From Lama glama (taxonomy: Eukaryota), in contig CM052818.1 of NCBI GenBank assembly GCA_028534125.1, positions 38,504,001 through 38,564,000 of the forward strand: 60,000 nt of DNA, written 5' to 3'. Shown piece by piece: positions 37,634-50,270 of this stretch. Numbering within the stretch: the stretch's first letter is position 1; every line of letters starts with the position of its first letter. The translations under genes were made by a program, and so were the position numbers. The notes below the pieces were generated by a model. The model was not told the origin of the DNA. It searched no databases and was given only the letters and a program-made list of their open reading frames with translations.

Positions 37634-37811
37634 GTAAGGAAGGCTCAAGGGGGTCTAACCTGAGCTGCGGGCCTTCGTGGCTCTTTCCTCTCTTCCTTTT
37701 CAGCTTTAGAGCTGACCAGACCAGGGGCATCCCTGGTCTACAGTCCGAGAGGCAGACAGAGCCCTCAACATTCTGACCCTCTGCACACGTCCAGCTGGAC
37801 CTTCCTTCCAT

Positions 37812-38010
37812 GCACTGGTTACTTACTGTTCATCAGGCAGTGCGCTGGGTGCTTTAAAGAAACTATCTCAGTGAGTCACAACAAACTGCAAGGCAGGTAT
37901 GAGTTTCCCTGTTTTATGGACAAGGAAATGGTAGCTCAGAGGAATTTAATAATTTGGCCAAGGCAATGGAGACGGTAAATGCGAGAGCAGGGTTCAAACA
38001 GTTTTTGAAA
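37812..38010 (-). mobile_element. MIR SINE
   Basis: ccctgttttatggacaaggaaatg ... aatttggccaagg. Confidence 0.7.
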
Positions 38011-38208
38011 ACTTTTTCTCCCACACCTCCTCAGAAAGACCTGAATTTGTGCTGAGTTGGCTCTAGAAGTTAATGAGTTTAATCTTGGGTCATTTCTCTG
38101 AACCATTCATGTGGCAGGTATTCATTGTCCCAGATGGAACTTTTGTTTAATCCTGCGTATCCCCTTGGAATGAACAAAGTTACTGATGTCAACTGTTTTT
38201 TTCAATAG

Positions 38209-38384
38209 TTATGACAGGAAGGAAGAAGGCAAAATCAAAGGTGTTATTTCCATACCCCGTTGGCAAGCAGAAGCCAGAAGTGAGGTCCTCACCCAGTGGT
38301 CTCCCTCCAAACTACTCCTCCAGATGGACTCATCCGCTACAGCGTACGGCTCAACGATTTCCAAGAAGCTGGCATGGCGTTACG
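38209..38384 (+). CDS. APOB: Exon 22 (176 nt)
   Basis: [17 protein letters not shown]...LAWRY; aatag/gtgtgt. Confidence 0.95.
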
Positions 38385-38508
38385 GTGTGTACTTCCTCCC
38401 AACCTGAGCACTTCCGAGAGCACCGAGTGCTTGAATGCGGTGTTGGCAGCCACAGGTGGGGCCTCACCCGCTACTACTGACAACTGTTTCATGTGTGTGT
38501 GTTTGCAG

Positions 38509-38696
38509 ATGAAGAGAAGATTGAATTTGAGTGGAACACAGGCTCCAACGTGGACACCAAAAAAGCAGCTTCCAGCTTCCCCATGGACCTCTCTGATTTT
38601 TCTAAAAGCTTGCATACGTATGCCAGCCGTCTCTTGAATCACAGAGTTCCTCCAACAGACATGACTTTCCAGGACATGAGTTCTAAATTAATAGAT
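38509..38696 (+). CDS. APOB: Exon 23 (188 nt)
   Basis: [19 protein letters not shown]...SSKLID; tgcag/gtaagt. Confidence 0.95.
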
Positions 38697-39165
38697 GTAA
38701 GTACAAACCAGTCAATAAATACAAAGTTATAAAGTGCTAATTACATAGTCAACCCTGAGTTAGGTGAGAGTATCCAAGGGTGGATAAAGGCAGGCTTCGT
38801 GCCCCCAGGGAATTCCTGGGGAGAAAAAGAAACACTCATGAGTGTGTAGTTACCCAGTTACATGGCTATATGTGATAAATATCAAATGAATACTACCAAG
38901 CAGAAGCATTTCCTGTGCCTAAAATATCACAGGGAGCTTCAGGACACTGGATAGGGGTTTGACTATGTTATATGTTCCTTTTATAAAATACAGGAAGAGA
39001 TTAATGACAACCAAAATTCATAATTTTTTATGATTTCTTTTTTTAACTTTCAATACATCATCCTGCTTAATGATCGATCTGCCAAATATGGATCAGCACC
39101 TAATGTTCATTGTGATTTGATGCCCATCCATGTCCACTGCTCTGAAAAGCTGTATTATTTTGTAG

Positions 39166-39311
39166 GCAACAAATATATGGCTTCTGGAGGCATCTAGGAA
39201 TCTTCCTTATGGCCAGAAGCTACGAGATCATTTCAGTGGCCTACAAGAGTTGTACCTCCAGAAAATGGAATTGCTAGACTTCCACATCCCAGAAAAGCTC
39301 TTCTTGAAAAG
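39166..39311 (+). CDS. APOB: Exon 24 (146 nt); absent from the ORF track
   Basis: [22 protein letters not shown]...[12 protein letters not shown]; tgtag/gtaaaa. Confidence 0.93.
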
Positions 39312-40374
39312 GTAAAAATAAAGGATCCCGAAAAGTTTCTTGAACCAGGGAAAGTAAATAGAAGATTTTACTTAGCATGATTTAGACTTTTTCAAATTTA
39401 CATTTTAAAGGAAATGAGCATTTTAAGGAGATTAGTAACTGTAGCATAAATACTGTGGCAGAGGTCAGATATGTGAATGCCAACCCAGTCAAAAAAAAAA
39501 AAAACCTAAGAAATTGGGGGATTCTGGTACTTTCACCCTAACAAGTTTTATTTATTCACTACAATTTGAAAACCATTCGGTTTTCCTCCACTGTAAGTGA
39601 ACTCCTCGTCTATTCAGGATCAGGATATACTCATAATTGTGAAGAATTTAGGAGTGTCTAGCAGGATTGTTGACTCGCTGTTGAGCTCAGAGGTTCAGAA
39701 CAGCCACGGGGCGTGGAATGAAGGCAGATTCTGAGAGGATGTGTCACTTTAGCAGTATGGCGTCATCCTTATGGGGAAGTCAGATTCTAAAATGCTCAGG
39801 CCCCTTCCATACTTAGATGTGATGCTTTGATTCCTGTCATGAAAATTTAAAAGCTGGAGCATAAGCTGAAAAGACTGTAGTCTGTCCTGGATTGTAGACT
39901 CTGTGTTATCTTCAGGGTTAAGAGAACAAGTGCCCTGTGTCACACGGGCCTTTCTGTAGTCTGTGGCTGAGCAGTAATAGACCAAATAAGTGTGCGAAAG
40001 GGCTGAAATTCCACCAAAGCACTCATCCAGAGGAGACAGGAAGGCAAGAGAAACAGCCAGCAGCTTCAGAGGCACCTCTTCCTTCACCACTAGAGTTTCT
40101 GACCAGCAGTCTTCTCTGTGCTGTGCTTTTCAAGGCAGGACCACGGGGTCTTAGAACTGGACAGGGCTTTTCAAGCATCCCCCTGCTGAACGTCAGGATC
40201 CTGGCCAGGCAGCATCCTGTCCTTCATGGAGTCATGCAGTGAACAGTTTATTTGTTTACAGCACTTAAACCCTGCCATCCTGCTTTCTTCTTATGAGTTG
40301 TCGTAACAGTCCATTGGATGTGCATAGTATTGAAAAGACTGCAAAGTGCTTCTAGATATTTTTTTTTCTTGTTT

Positions 40375-40550
40375 CATATCCAAGGCCAGCTCTGTGAGAC
40401 CAGCAGAAATGGTCCATTATCCTCACTGCACAGATAACGTCACTGAGACCCAGAAAGGCAAATTCACTAACACGGTATCACCAATGAGTGGATGCTAATG
40501 CTGTAACCCAAGATTACTGACTTCCACACCTGTGCGCTTTCCACATATCA
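40375..40550 (-). mobile_element. MIR SINE
   Basis: attatcctcactgcacagataacgtcactgagacccaga. Confidence 0.6.
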
Positions 40551-41012
40551 AGTTGCCTCTTCAGTTTAGCAAATATATATCAAGCGCAGTCCTCTGTGCA
40601 GTACTAGACTCGGTGCAGTGAGAAGATAAAAACTGGATAAAGTGTAATCTTCCCCCCAGGAAGACACTGTGTAGACACTGACAAATGAACAAATAAGTAT
40701 AACTTACATAAGCAGAATTATGACATACTCCTTAAAATCGGTGTAAAGGATAGTGTTGCTGTAATAACAAGAGAAGTTAACTATGACTTAGACAGGATGG
40801 CAGTAATAAGGACACAGCTCTTGGAAGGGTTTTGAATGGATGTGAGTGTTTGATAGGTTAGGTTAAAGCCAAGGGACTCCAGGCGCGGGGAGGAGCAGGA
40901 GGAGCAGTGCAGTTTGGGACTGGAGCGGGGCACGTGCACTACTGCTCAGAAGGTCGGGAGGCAGAGAACTTGCTGCTGACTGTGGGGACACTGTCTCTGC
41001 TCTTCATTTCAG

Positions 41013-41386
41013 TGACGGTCGGATCAGATACACCTTGAACAAGCACAGTATGAAAATCGAGATCCCTTTGCCTTTTGGTGGCAAATCCTCCAAAGATCTA
41101 AAGATGTTCAAGACTGTTTGGACACCAGCCCTCAACTTCAAGTCTGTGGGATTCTACCTGCCACCTCGAGAGTTCCAAGTCCCCACTTTTACCATTCCCA
41201 GATTGTACCCACTGCAGGTGCCTCTCTTGGGTGTTCTAGACCTCTCTGCAAATATCTACAGCAACTTGTACAACTGGTCCGCCTCCTATACTGGCGGCAA
41301 CACCAGCACAGACCACTTGAGCCTTCAGGCTCAGTATCACATGAAGGCTGATTCCGTGGTCGACCTGCTCTCCTACAGTGTGCAAG
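41013..41386 (+). CDS. APOB: Exon 25 (374 nt)
   Basis: [26 protein letters not shown]...LLSYSVQ; ttcag/gtgagc. Confidence 0.95.
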
Positions 41387-41902
41387 GTGAGCTACGCTCG
41401 AGGAGAGGGTGCACAGAGCTAATTCACTGCAGGTTCCAGGGACAGCCTCCTCTACAAAGGGGAAAGCTTGGGCTTTCTTACAGATACTTTTCTTGCAGTT
41501 GGAAGTCTACTCTTTTTCACTTCTCTCTCCCTCTCTCTCTCGCTCCAAAAATACTTATTAAACACACAATATGTATCGAGTATTCTAGTAGACAATAAGA
41601 GAAAACAGATAGCTAAACTGGCAATAAGAAGTCAATGTGAGAGGTACCATGATGGGGTATAGTGTATAAGGTACAGTGGAGGCACTTGACAAGGGAACCC
41701 AGCAAGGTCTATAGTGGTCAGGAAAGGCTTCCTGGAGGAATGCCTTTTGCTATCAGATTTTATGCTCCTGTTTTAGGTGGGGGAGACTATGACACAACTG
41801 ACTCAGACCAGTGGGACTTCATTATTGAAAGATTTTCAATATAGAAATTGTTCTGAAAATGTGTTATGTAATTTAACCAGTATGTTTTGATTTTTATGTT
41901 AG

Positions 41903-44900
41903 GATCTGGAAAAACAGCCTATGACCACAGGAATACTCTCACCTTATCAGGTGATGGGTCTCTACACCACAAATTTCTGGATTCAAATGTCAAATTCAGT
42001 CACGTGGAAAAAAATGGAAAGAATCCAGCCTCAAAAAGTTTGCTAACATTCGATGCCTCTAGTGCCTGGGGACCACAGATATCTGCTTCAGTCCATTTGG
42101 ACTCAAAAAAGAAACAGCATTTGTATGTCAAAGAAGTCAAGATCAATGGGCATCTTGGAGCCTCTTCGTTCTACGCTAAAGGCGCATATGGCCTGTCTTA
42201 TCAGAGGGACCCCACCACTGGCCGGCTAAGTGGAGAATCCAATCTGAGGTTTAATTCCTCCTACCTCCAGGGCACCAACCAGATAACAGGAAGCTACGAA
42301 GATGGAACCGTCTCCCTTACCTCCACGTCGGATCTGCAAGGTGGCATCATGAAAAATACCGCTTCCTTGAGATACGAGAACTATGAGCTGACCCTGAAAT
42401 CCGACACCAATGGGAAGTATGAGGACTTCGCCACTTCTAACAAGGTGGATCTGACCTTCTCTAAGCAAAGTGCCCTGCTGCGTTCTGAGTATCACGCTGA
42501 CTACAAGTCACTGAGGTTCTTCACCCTGCTTTCTGGCTCACTAAACTCTCATGGCCTTGAACTGAATGCTGACATCTTGAGCACGGACAAAATCAATAGT
42601 GGGGCTCACAAGGCAACACTGAGGATTTCCCAAGATGGAGTGTCTACCAGCGCAACGACCAACTTGAAGTATAGTCCCCTGGTGCTGGAGAATGAACTCA
42701 ACGCAGCACTCAGCCTCTCTGGAGCGTCTATGAAATTGACAACAAACGGCCGCTTCAGGGAACACAATGCGAAATTCAGTTTAGATGGAAAAGCTGCCCT
42801 CACAGAGGTATCACTGGGAAGCGCTTATCAGGCCATGATTCTGGGTGTCGACAGCAAAAACATTTTCAACTTCAGAATCAACCAGGAGGGGCTTAAGCTT
42901 TCAAATGACATGATGGGCTCATATGCTGAAATGAAACTTGACTACACAAACAACCTGAACATTGCAGGGTTATCACTCGACTTCTCTTCCAAACTTGACA
43001 ACATTTATAGCTCTGACAAGTATTATAAGCAAAATGTTAATCTAAAGCTGCAGCCCTATTCTCTGGTGACTACTTTAAACAGTGACCTGAAATTCAGTGC
43101 TCTGGATGTGACCAACACTGGCAAATTACGGCTAGAGCCCCTGAAGCTGAATGTGGGCGGGACCATAAAAGGAACTTACCAAAATAATGAAATAAAACAC
43201 ATCTACACTATTTCTTATGCTGACTTATCAGCAAGTTATAAAGCAGACACTGTAGCTAAGGGGCAGGGAACAGAGTTTAGCCACCGGCTCAACACAAACA
43301 TCGCTGGGCTAGCTTCAGCCATTGACATCAGTACAAACTACAATTCGGACTCACTGCACTTCAGCAATGTTTTCCGCTCTGTGATGGCCCCATTCACAGT
43401 GACCGTCGACACACATACAAATGGCAACGGGAAACTGGTTCTCTGGGGACAACACACTGGGCAACTGTATAGCAAACTTCTGTTGAAAGCAGAACCTCTG
43501 GCCTTTACTTTCTCTCATGATTACAGAGGCTCCACAAGTCACCGTCTCATGTCCAACAGGAGCATGAGTACTGCTCTTGATCACAAAGTCAGTGCCCTGC
43601 TCACGCTGGCCGAGCAGACAGGCACCTGGAGGCTCAAGACACAGTTGAACCAAAATGAATACAGCCAGGAATTGGATGCTTACAACACTAAAGACAAAGT
43701 TGGTGTTGAGCTCAGTGGACAAGCCCTGGCTGACCTCACTATGCTGGACATCCCTATCACGGTACCATTTTTACTCAACAAGCCCATCAATGTAATTGAT
43801 GCTTTAAAGATGAGGGATGCTGTTGACCAGCCCCAAAAATTCACTATTGTTGCTTCTGTGAAATACGATAAGAACCAAGATGTGCACACCATCAACCTCC
43901 CATTCTTTAAAATCCTGCCACAATATTTTGAGAAGACTCGGGGAGCAGTTATAGTTACACTGGAAGCTATACAGAGAGAACTGAAACGCATCAATATTGA
44001 TCAACCCATGACAAAATACGTAGCAGTTCTGGGCAGACTTCCACAGCAACTTAATGATTATCTGAATGCATTCAATTGGGAGAGACAAGTTTTGAGTGCC
44101 AAGGAGAAACTAACTGCTTTCACAAAAAATTACAGAATTTCAGAAAATGATTTACAAATGGCATTAGACAGTGCCAAAATCAAGCTTAATGAGAAACTAT
44201 CTCAACTACAAACATATGTGATACAATTTGATCAGTATATTAAAGATAATTATGATTTACATGATTTTAAGGCAGCTATTGCTAAGATTATTGATCAAAT
44301 CATTGAAAAATTGAAAATTCTTGATGAACATTATCATATCCGTGTAAATTTAGTAAAGAAAATCCATGATCTATATTTGTTTATTGAAAAGATTAATTTT
44401 AACAAAATTGGAACTAGTACTGCATCTTGGGTTCAAAATATGGATACTGAGTATCAAATCAGAATCCAGATACAAGAAAAATTACAACGGTTCAAGACAC
44501 AGATTCAGAATATAGACATCCAACACCTTGCTGAAAGGTTAAAACAACTGGTTGAAGCTATTGATGTCAGAGTGCTTTTAGATCAGTTGAGAACAATTCC
44601 ATTTCGAAGAATAAAGGAGATTATTGAATATATCAAATACTGTGTTGTAAGTCTGTTTGAAGATTTTGAAGTAACTGAGGAAATCAATGCTTTCAGAGGC
44701 ATTGTCCATGAGTTAATTAAGATGCATGAAATAGACCAGCACATCCAGATTTTAATGAATAAATCAGTGCAGCTGGTCCGCCAATACAAGTTGCAGGAGA
44801 CTGTTCAAAAGCTAAGCAGTGTCCTCCAACAAGTCAAGATCGAAGATCATGTTGAGAAATTGACTGGGTTTATTGATGCTGCTCTCAAACAGCTTGAAGC

Positions 44901-47900
44901 ATTATCTTTTAAACAATTTGTTGAAGAAGTAAACAAATTCCTCGACATGTTGGTAAAGACATTAAGGTCATTTGATTACCACCAGTTTGTAGATAAAACC
45001 AATCATCAAATTTGTGAGGTGACTCAGAGAATCAATGGTGAAATTCAGGCTCTGGAACTTCCACAGAAAGCTGAAGCACTGAAACTGTTTGCAGAGGACG
45101 TGAAGTCCGTGGTCTCAGCCTATATGGAAAACCTAGGTGCCACCAAAATAACTGTATTCTTTGATTGGCTACAGGGGACTTTAAATTCCACGTCTGTAGT
45201 TCACATGAAAGCCAAATTCCAAGAGATCCTGGAAGACATACGAGACCGAATGTATCAAATGGATTTGCAGCGGGAAGCTCAGCGATACCTGTTCCTAGTT
45301 GGCCAGGTTTACAACACGCTGGTCACTTACATTTCTGATTGGTGGAGTCTTGCTGCTAAGAACCTGACTGACTTTGCAGAACAGTATTCTATCCAAGACT
45401 GGGCTGAAAACCTGAAAGCATTGGTAGAACAAGGGTTCACTGTTCCCGAAATCCAGACCACCTTCGGGACCATACCTGCCTTTGAAGTCAGTCTCCATGC
45501 CCTTCAGGAGGCTACATACCAGACTCCTGACTTCACAGTCCCCCTGACAGATCTGAAGATTCCATCGGTTCAGATAAACTTCAAAAAGTTGAAAGATATA
45601 AAAATCCCATCCAGATTTTCCACGCCAGAATTTACTGTCCTCAATACCTTCCACGTCCCTTCATTTACAATTGACTTGGTAGAAATAAAAGCAAAGATCA
45701 TCAGAACCATTGACCAAATGCTGAACAGTGAGCTGCAGTGGCCAGTCCCGGAAGTGTACCTGAGGGATCTGAACGGGGTGGACACTATTCTTGCTAGAAT
45801 CACTCTGCCAGACTTCCACTTACCAGAAATCACAGTGCCAGAATTCGTAATTCCAAATCTCAACCTTACAGATTTCCAAGTTTCTGACCTTCGCATACCA
45901 GAATTCCAGCTTCCCCACATCTCACACACTATTGAAGTACCTACTTTTGGTAAGCTGTATGGCCTTTTGAAAATCCAGTCTCCCCTTTTCGTATTAGATG
46001 CAAATGCTAACATTCAGAATGCAACTGCTTCAGCTAGTAAGGCAGAGATTGAAGCTTCCTTCACTGCCGAAGGAAAATCCAAATTAGAAGTTCTCAATTT
46101 TGATTTCCAAGCAAATGCACAACTGTCAGACCCTACAACTAAGCCACTGGTTCTGAAGGAGACTGTGAGGTTCTCCAGCAAGTACCTGAAAACGGAGCAC
46201 GAGAGTGAAGTGCTATTTTCTGGGAAGGTTATTGAGGGAAAATCAAACACAGTGGCAGGTTTACACACAGAAAAAAATACACTGGAGCTTAGTAATGGTG
46301 TGCTCGTCAAGATAACTGATCAGCTTACCCTGGACAGCGACACAAAGTACTTCCACAAATTGAACATCCCCAAACTGGACTTCTCCAGTCAGGCTGACCT
46401 GCGCAATGAAATCAAGACTCTGTTGGAAGCTAGACACATAGCATGGACTTCTTCTGGAACAGGATCCTGGAAATTGGCACGCCACAAGTTCTCAGACGAG
46501 GGAACACATGAAGCACAAATTCGCTTTACTGTGGAGGGACCCATCACTTCCTTTGGGTTGTCTAATAAGATATATAGCAAATACCTAAGAGTAAACCAAA
46601 GTATGGTTTATGAATCTGGCTTCCTCAACTTTTCTAAATTTGAAGTCCAGTCACAAGCCGAATGCCAGTATGTGGGCCGAAGTGTTCTCACTGCCAAAGG
46701 CATGGTCCTGCTTGGAGAAGGGAAGGCAGAGATAACTGGCAACCATGATGCTCATTTAAATGGAAAAGTTATTGGAACTTTGAAAAATTCACTTTTCTTT
46801 TCATCCCAGCCATATGAAATTACTGCATCCACAAACAATGAAGGAAATTTGAGAGTTAGTTTTCCATTAAAACTAACGGGCAAGATAGACTTCCTGAACA
46901 ACTATGCACTGTTTCTGAGTCCTGGTGCCCAGCAAGCAAGTTGGCAAGCAAGTGCCAGGTTCAACCACTATAAGTACAATCAAAATTTCTCTGCTGTAAA
47001 CAATGAGAAAATCACGGAGGCCTACGTAGGAATAAATGGAGAAGCCAACCTGGATTTCTTAAACATTCCTTTAACAATCCCTGAAGTGACTCTACCTTAC
47101 ATAAGGCTCACAACTCCCCAGGTGAAGGATATCTCCTTATGGGAAAAGACGGGCTTGAAAGGATTCTTGAAAACAACAAAGCAGTCCTTTGATCTAAGTG
47201 TGAAGGCTCAGTATAAGAAAAACAAAGACATGCATTCCATCTCAGTTCCTTTGGATGCATTTTATGCGCTTATCAATCATAACATCCATTCCTTCAACAG
47301 GCATTTTGAGAAAGTCAGAAACAAGGCCTTATATTTTTTTAACAAATCCTATAATGAAGCAAAAACTACATTTGATAAGTACAAGGTTGAAAAATCCCTC
47401 AACGAGCAGCCCAAGACCTTTCAAATTCCTGGATATACTATTCCAGTTATCAACATCGAAGTGTCTCCGTTCACCATGGAGATGCTGCCGTACAGCTATG
47501 TGATCCCAAAGGAGATTAGCACTCCCAGCATCACCATTCCAGGCTCTGGCATCTATGTGCCCTCATACACATTAGTCCTGCCTTTCCTAGAGCTGCCAGC
47601 CCTTCATGTCCCCAGGAATCTTCTTGAGTTTTCTCTTCCAGAGCTCAAGGGACTGAGTACCCCAAACAAAATTTTAATTCCAGCCATGGGCAATATTACC
47701 TATGACTTTTCCTTTAAATCAAGTGTCATCACACTGAATACCAATGTTGGACTTTATAACCAATCAGATATTGTTGCTCATTTTCTTACTTCCTCTTCTT
47801 CTGTCATCAATGCCCTGCAGTACAAATTAGAGGGCACCTCAAGTGTGACAAGGAAAAGAGGGTTGAAGTTAGCCACAGCTTTGTCTCTGAGTAATAACAG

Positions 47901-49480
47901 ATTCGTGGCAGGCAGTCATGACAGTACCATTAGCTTCACCAAGAAAAACGTGGATGCATCAGTGACAACTACTGCAAGAGTCCACATTCCAATTCTGAGA
48001 ATGAATTTCAAGCAAGAGCTTAATGGAAATACCAAATCAAAACCTACTGTCTCTTCATCCATTGAATTAAAGTATAATTTCAATTCCCCCAAACTGTACT
48101 CTACTGCTATGGGGGCAGTTGACCATAAGCTCAGCTTAGAAAGCCTCACCTCTTACTTTTCTATTGAGTCATCTACCAAAGGAGATGTCAAGGGTTCTGT
48201 CCTTTCACGGGAATATTCAGGGATTATTGCCAGTGAGGCCAGCACTTATTTGAATTCTAAAGGTACTCGATCTTCTGTGAAGCTGCAAGGAGCTTCCAAA
48301 GTTGATGGTATCTGGAGCATTGAAGTAAAAGAAAGTTATGCTGGAGAAGCCACTTTTCAACGCATATATGCCATCTGGGAACACAATATGAAAAACCACT
48401 TACAGCTAAAGGACCTCATTTTAACATCCGGAGAGCAAACAAGCAAAGCCACCCTGGAGCTCTCCCTGTGGAAAATAGAAGCCCTTGTTCAGGTCCATGC
48501 ACGTCAGCCCAATTCCCTCCTTGATGTCAATTACCTTGGCCAGGAAGTGTCCCTGCATGCCAACACTGAGAACCAGAAAATCAGCTGGAAAAGTCAGGTC
48601 CAGGCTCGTTCTGGGTCTCTCCAGAACAATGTACAGCTTTCCAATGACAAAGAAGAGGCACTCCTTGACATCACAGGCTCCTTGGAAGGATACCTGTGGT
48701 TCCTCAAAGATGTTATCCTGCCAGTTTATGACAAGAGCTTATGGGACCTCCTAAAGCTGGATGTAACCACTAGCATTTATAGGAAACAGTACCTCCAAGC
48801 TTCAGTTGCCCTTGTGTACACCAAAAACCCCAATGGCTATTCTTTTGCTATCCCTATGCAAGAACTGGATGATAAATTCATTATTCCTGGGCTGAAACTG
48901 GATAATCTACATTCTGTTCTTGTCACACCTGCATTCCACATCCCCTTTACAGATCTTCAGGTTCCATCCTACACACTTGACTTTGGTGAAATAAAAATCT
49001 ACAAGAAGCTAAGTACACCGCCATTTGCCCTCAACATCCCAGCACTACTCAAAGTGAAATTCCCCGAAGTTGATGTTGGGATAACACAATATTCTGAACC
49101 AGAAGCCTCCTCAGTTCCCTTTTTTGAGATAACTGTGCCTGCAACTCAGTTAACTGTGTCCCACGTCACCCTTCCAAAAAGTATTTCTGTTGGCAGTGCT
49201 ATTTTACACCTAAATGAGGTGACCAGCAACACTGCAGGCTTCAAGCAGCTGACTGTCAGCATGCCTGAGCAGACTATTGAAGTTCCTTCCATTAAGTTCT
49301 CTGTACCTGCTGGAATTTCCATCCCTTCCTTTGGAACACTGACTGCACGCTTCAGGGTGGCCTCTCCCTTGTACAATGCCAGTTGGAGTGCTGGTTTGAA
49401 AAACAAAGAAGATCATGTTGAAACATTCCTGGATTCCACATGCAGCTCAACCATTCAGTTCCTGGAATATGACCTCAATG
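41903..49480 (+). CDS. APOB: Giant exon 26 (7578 nt): beta1, alpha2 and beta2 domains, editing site, LDLR-binding region
   Basis: Core of the 2536-aa ORF; gttag|GATCTGGA ... GACCTCAATG|gtaagg. Confidence 0.98.
44219..44239 (+). other. APOBEC1 C-to-U editing cassette: C44224 (CAA to UAA, ApoB-48), spacer AATT, mooring TGATCAGTATA (44229-44239)
   Basis: Sequence tgataCaatttgatcagtata; codon 2175 of precursor = mature Gln2153. Confidence 0.96.
47842..47874 (+). other. LDL-receptor/proteoglycan binding Site [12 protein letters not shown]
   Basis: Equivalent of human [11 protein letters not shown]. Confidence 0.9.
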
Positions 49481-49875
49481 GTAAGGAAATTTCCTGACTC
49501 CCTTCCTACAGGCTGTATTTTTTCAGTGAGACTTGTGAATAAATAAGTATGTATTTAGATTATGACTAGAAGCAAAATTGATCTCTCTAGCCCAATTTGA
49601 AAGAAGAGGGAAGGTGATACAGAGGGTTATACATGTACAAACCATCCTGTAGAAAACCTACTGACATTCCAAAGGAATAGGTTCAAGGAAAATAGATTTT
49701 TCTGTAATCATTTTAGGACAAATAATGTCTCCTATTTTTTTAAAAATGAGGACTGCGTGTTTCAAACATGTAAGTAAGGCATTTAGTTAAGACAGAATTC
49801 CCCATATTTTCACAATAAAAATGTTTTTGTCCTGCAATTACTAATCTAATGAAATACAAACTCTCTCCCATTCAG

Positions 49876-49990
49876 TTGTGGGAACACACAAAATCGAAGA
49901 TGGCATGTTAGTCTCTAATACTACAGGAACATTTGCACACCGTGACATCAGTGCAGAATATCAGGAAGATGGCCAATATCAAGAACTCGG
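49876..49990 (+). CDS. APOB: Exon 27 (115 nt)
   Basis: VVGTHKIEDG...DGQYQELG; ttcag/gtatgg. Confidence 0.93.
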
Positions 49991-50086
49991 GTATGGAAGT
50001 TTCATTTTCATCTCTTGTCCAGTCACTGTGATGTTTGCCACCTCTATAGCCCTTTCACGATGGCTCATCTGCTTTTCTGCTTTCAG

Positions 50087-50270
50087 GTACTGGGATGCAA
50101 AGGTTCTTCTTAACATCTCTAGCCCAACACTGACTGATGTCCATCTGCGCTACGAAGACGGTGAGAACCACCTCTCCTCCTCGGTAGCCTCCCCAGCCAT
50201 AGGCACCGTGGGCATCGACTTGGAAGATAACGATACCTTGTGGAAACTGAACCTCTACTACCAACCTCAG
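50087..50270 (+). CDS. APOB: Exon 28 (184 nt)
   Basis: YWDAKVLLNISSP...NLYYQPQ; ttcag/gtgagt. Confidence 0.94.

Noticed and set aside
42226..49416. Numerous antisense and off-frame ORFs in exon 26
   Set aside because: Shadow ORFs of a long coding exon; no independent gene signals
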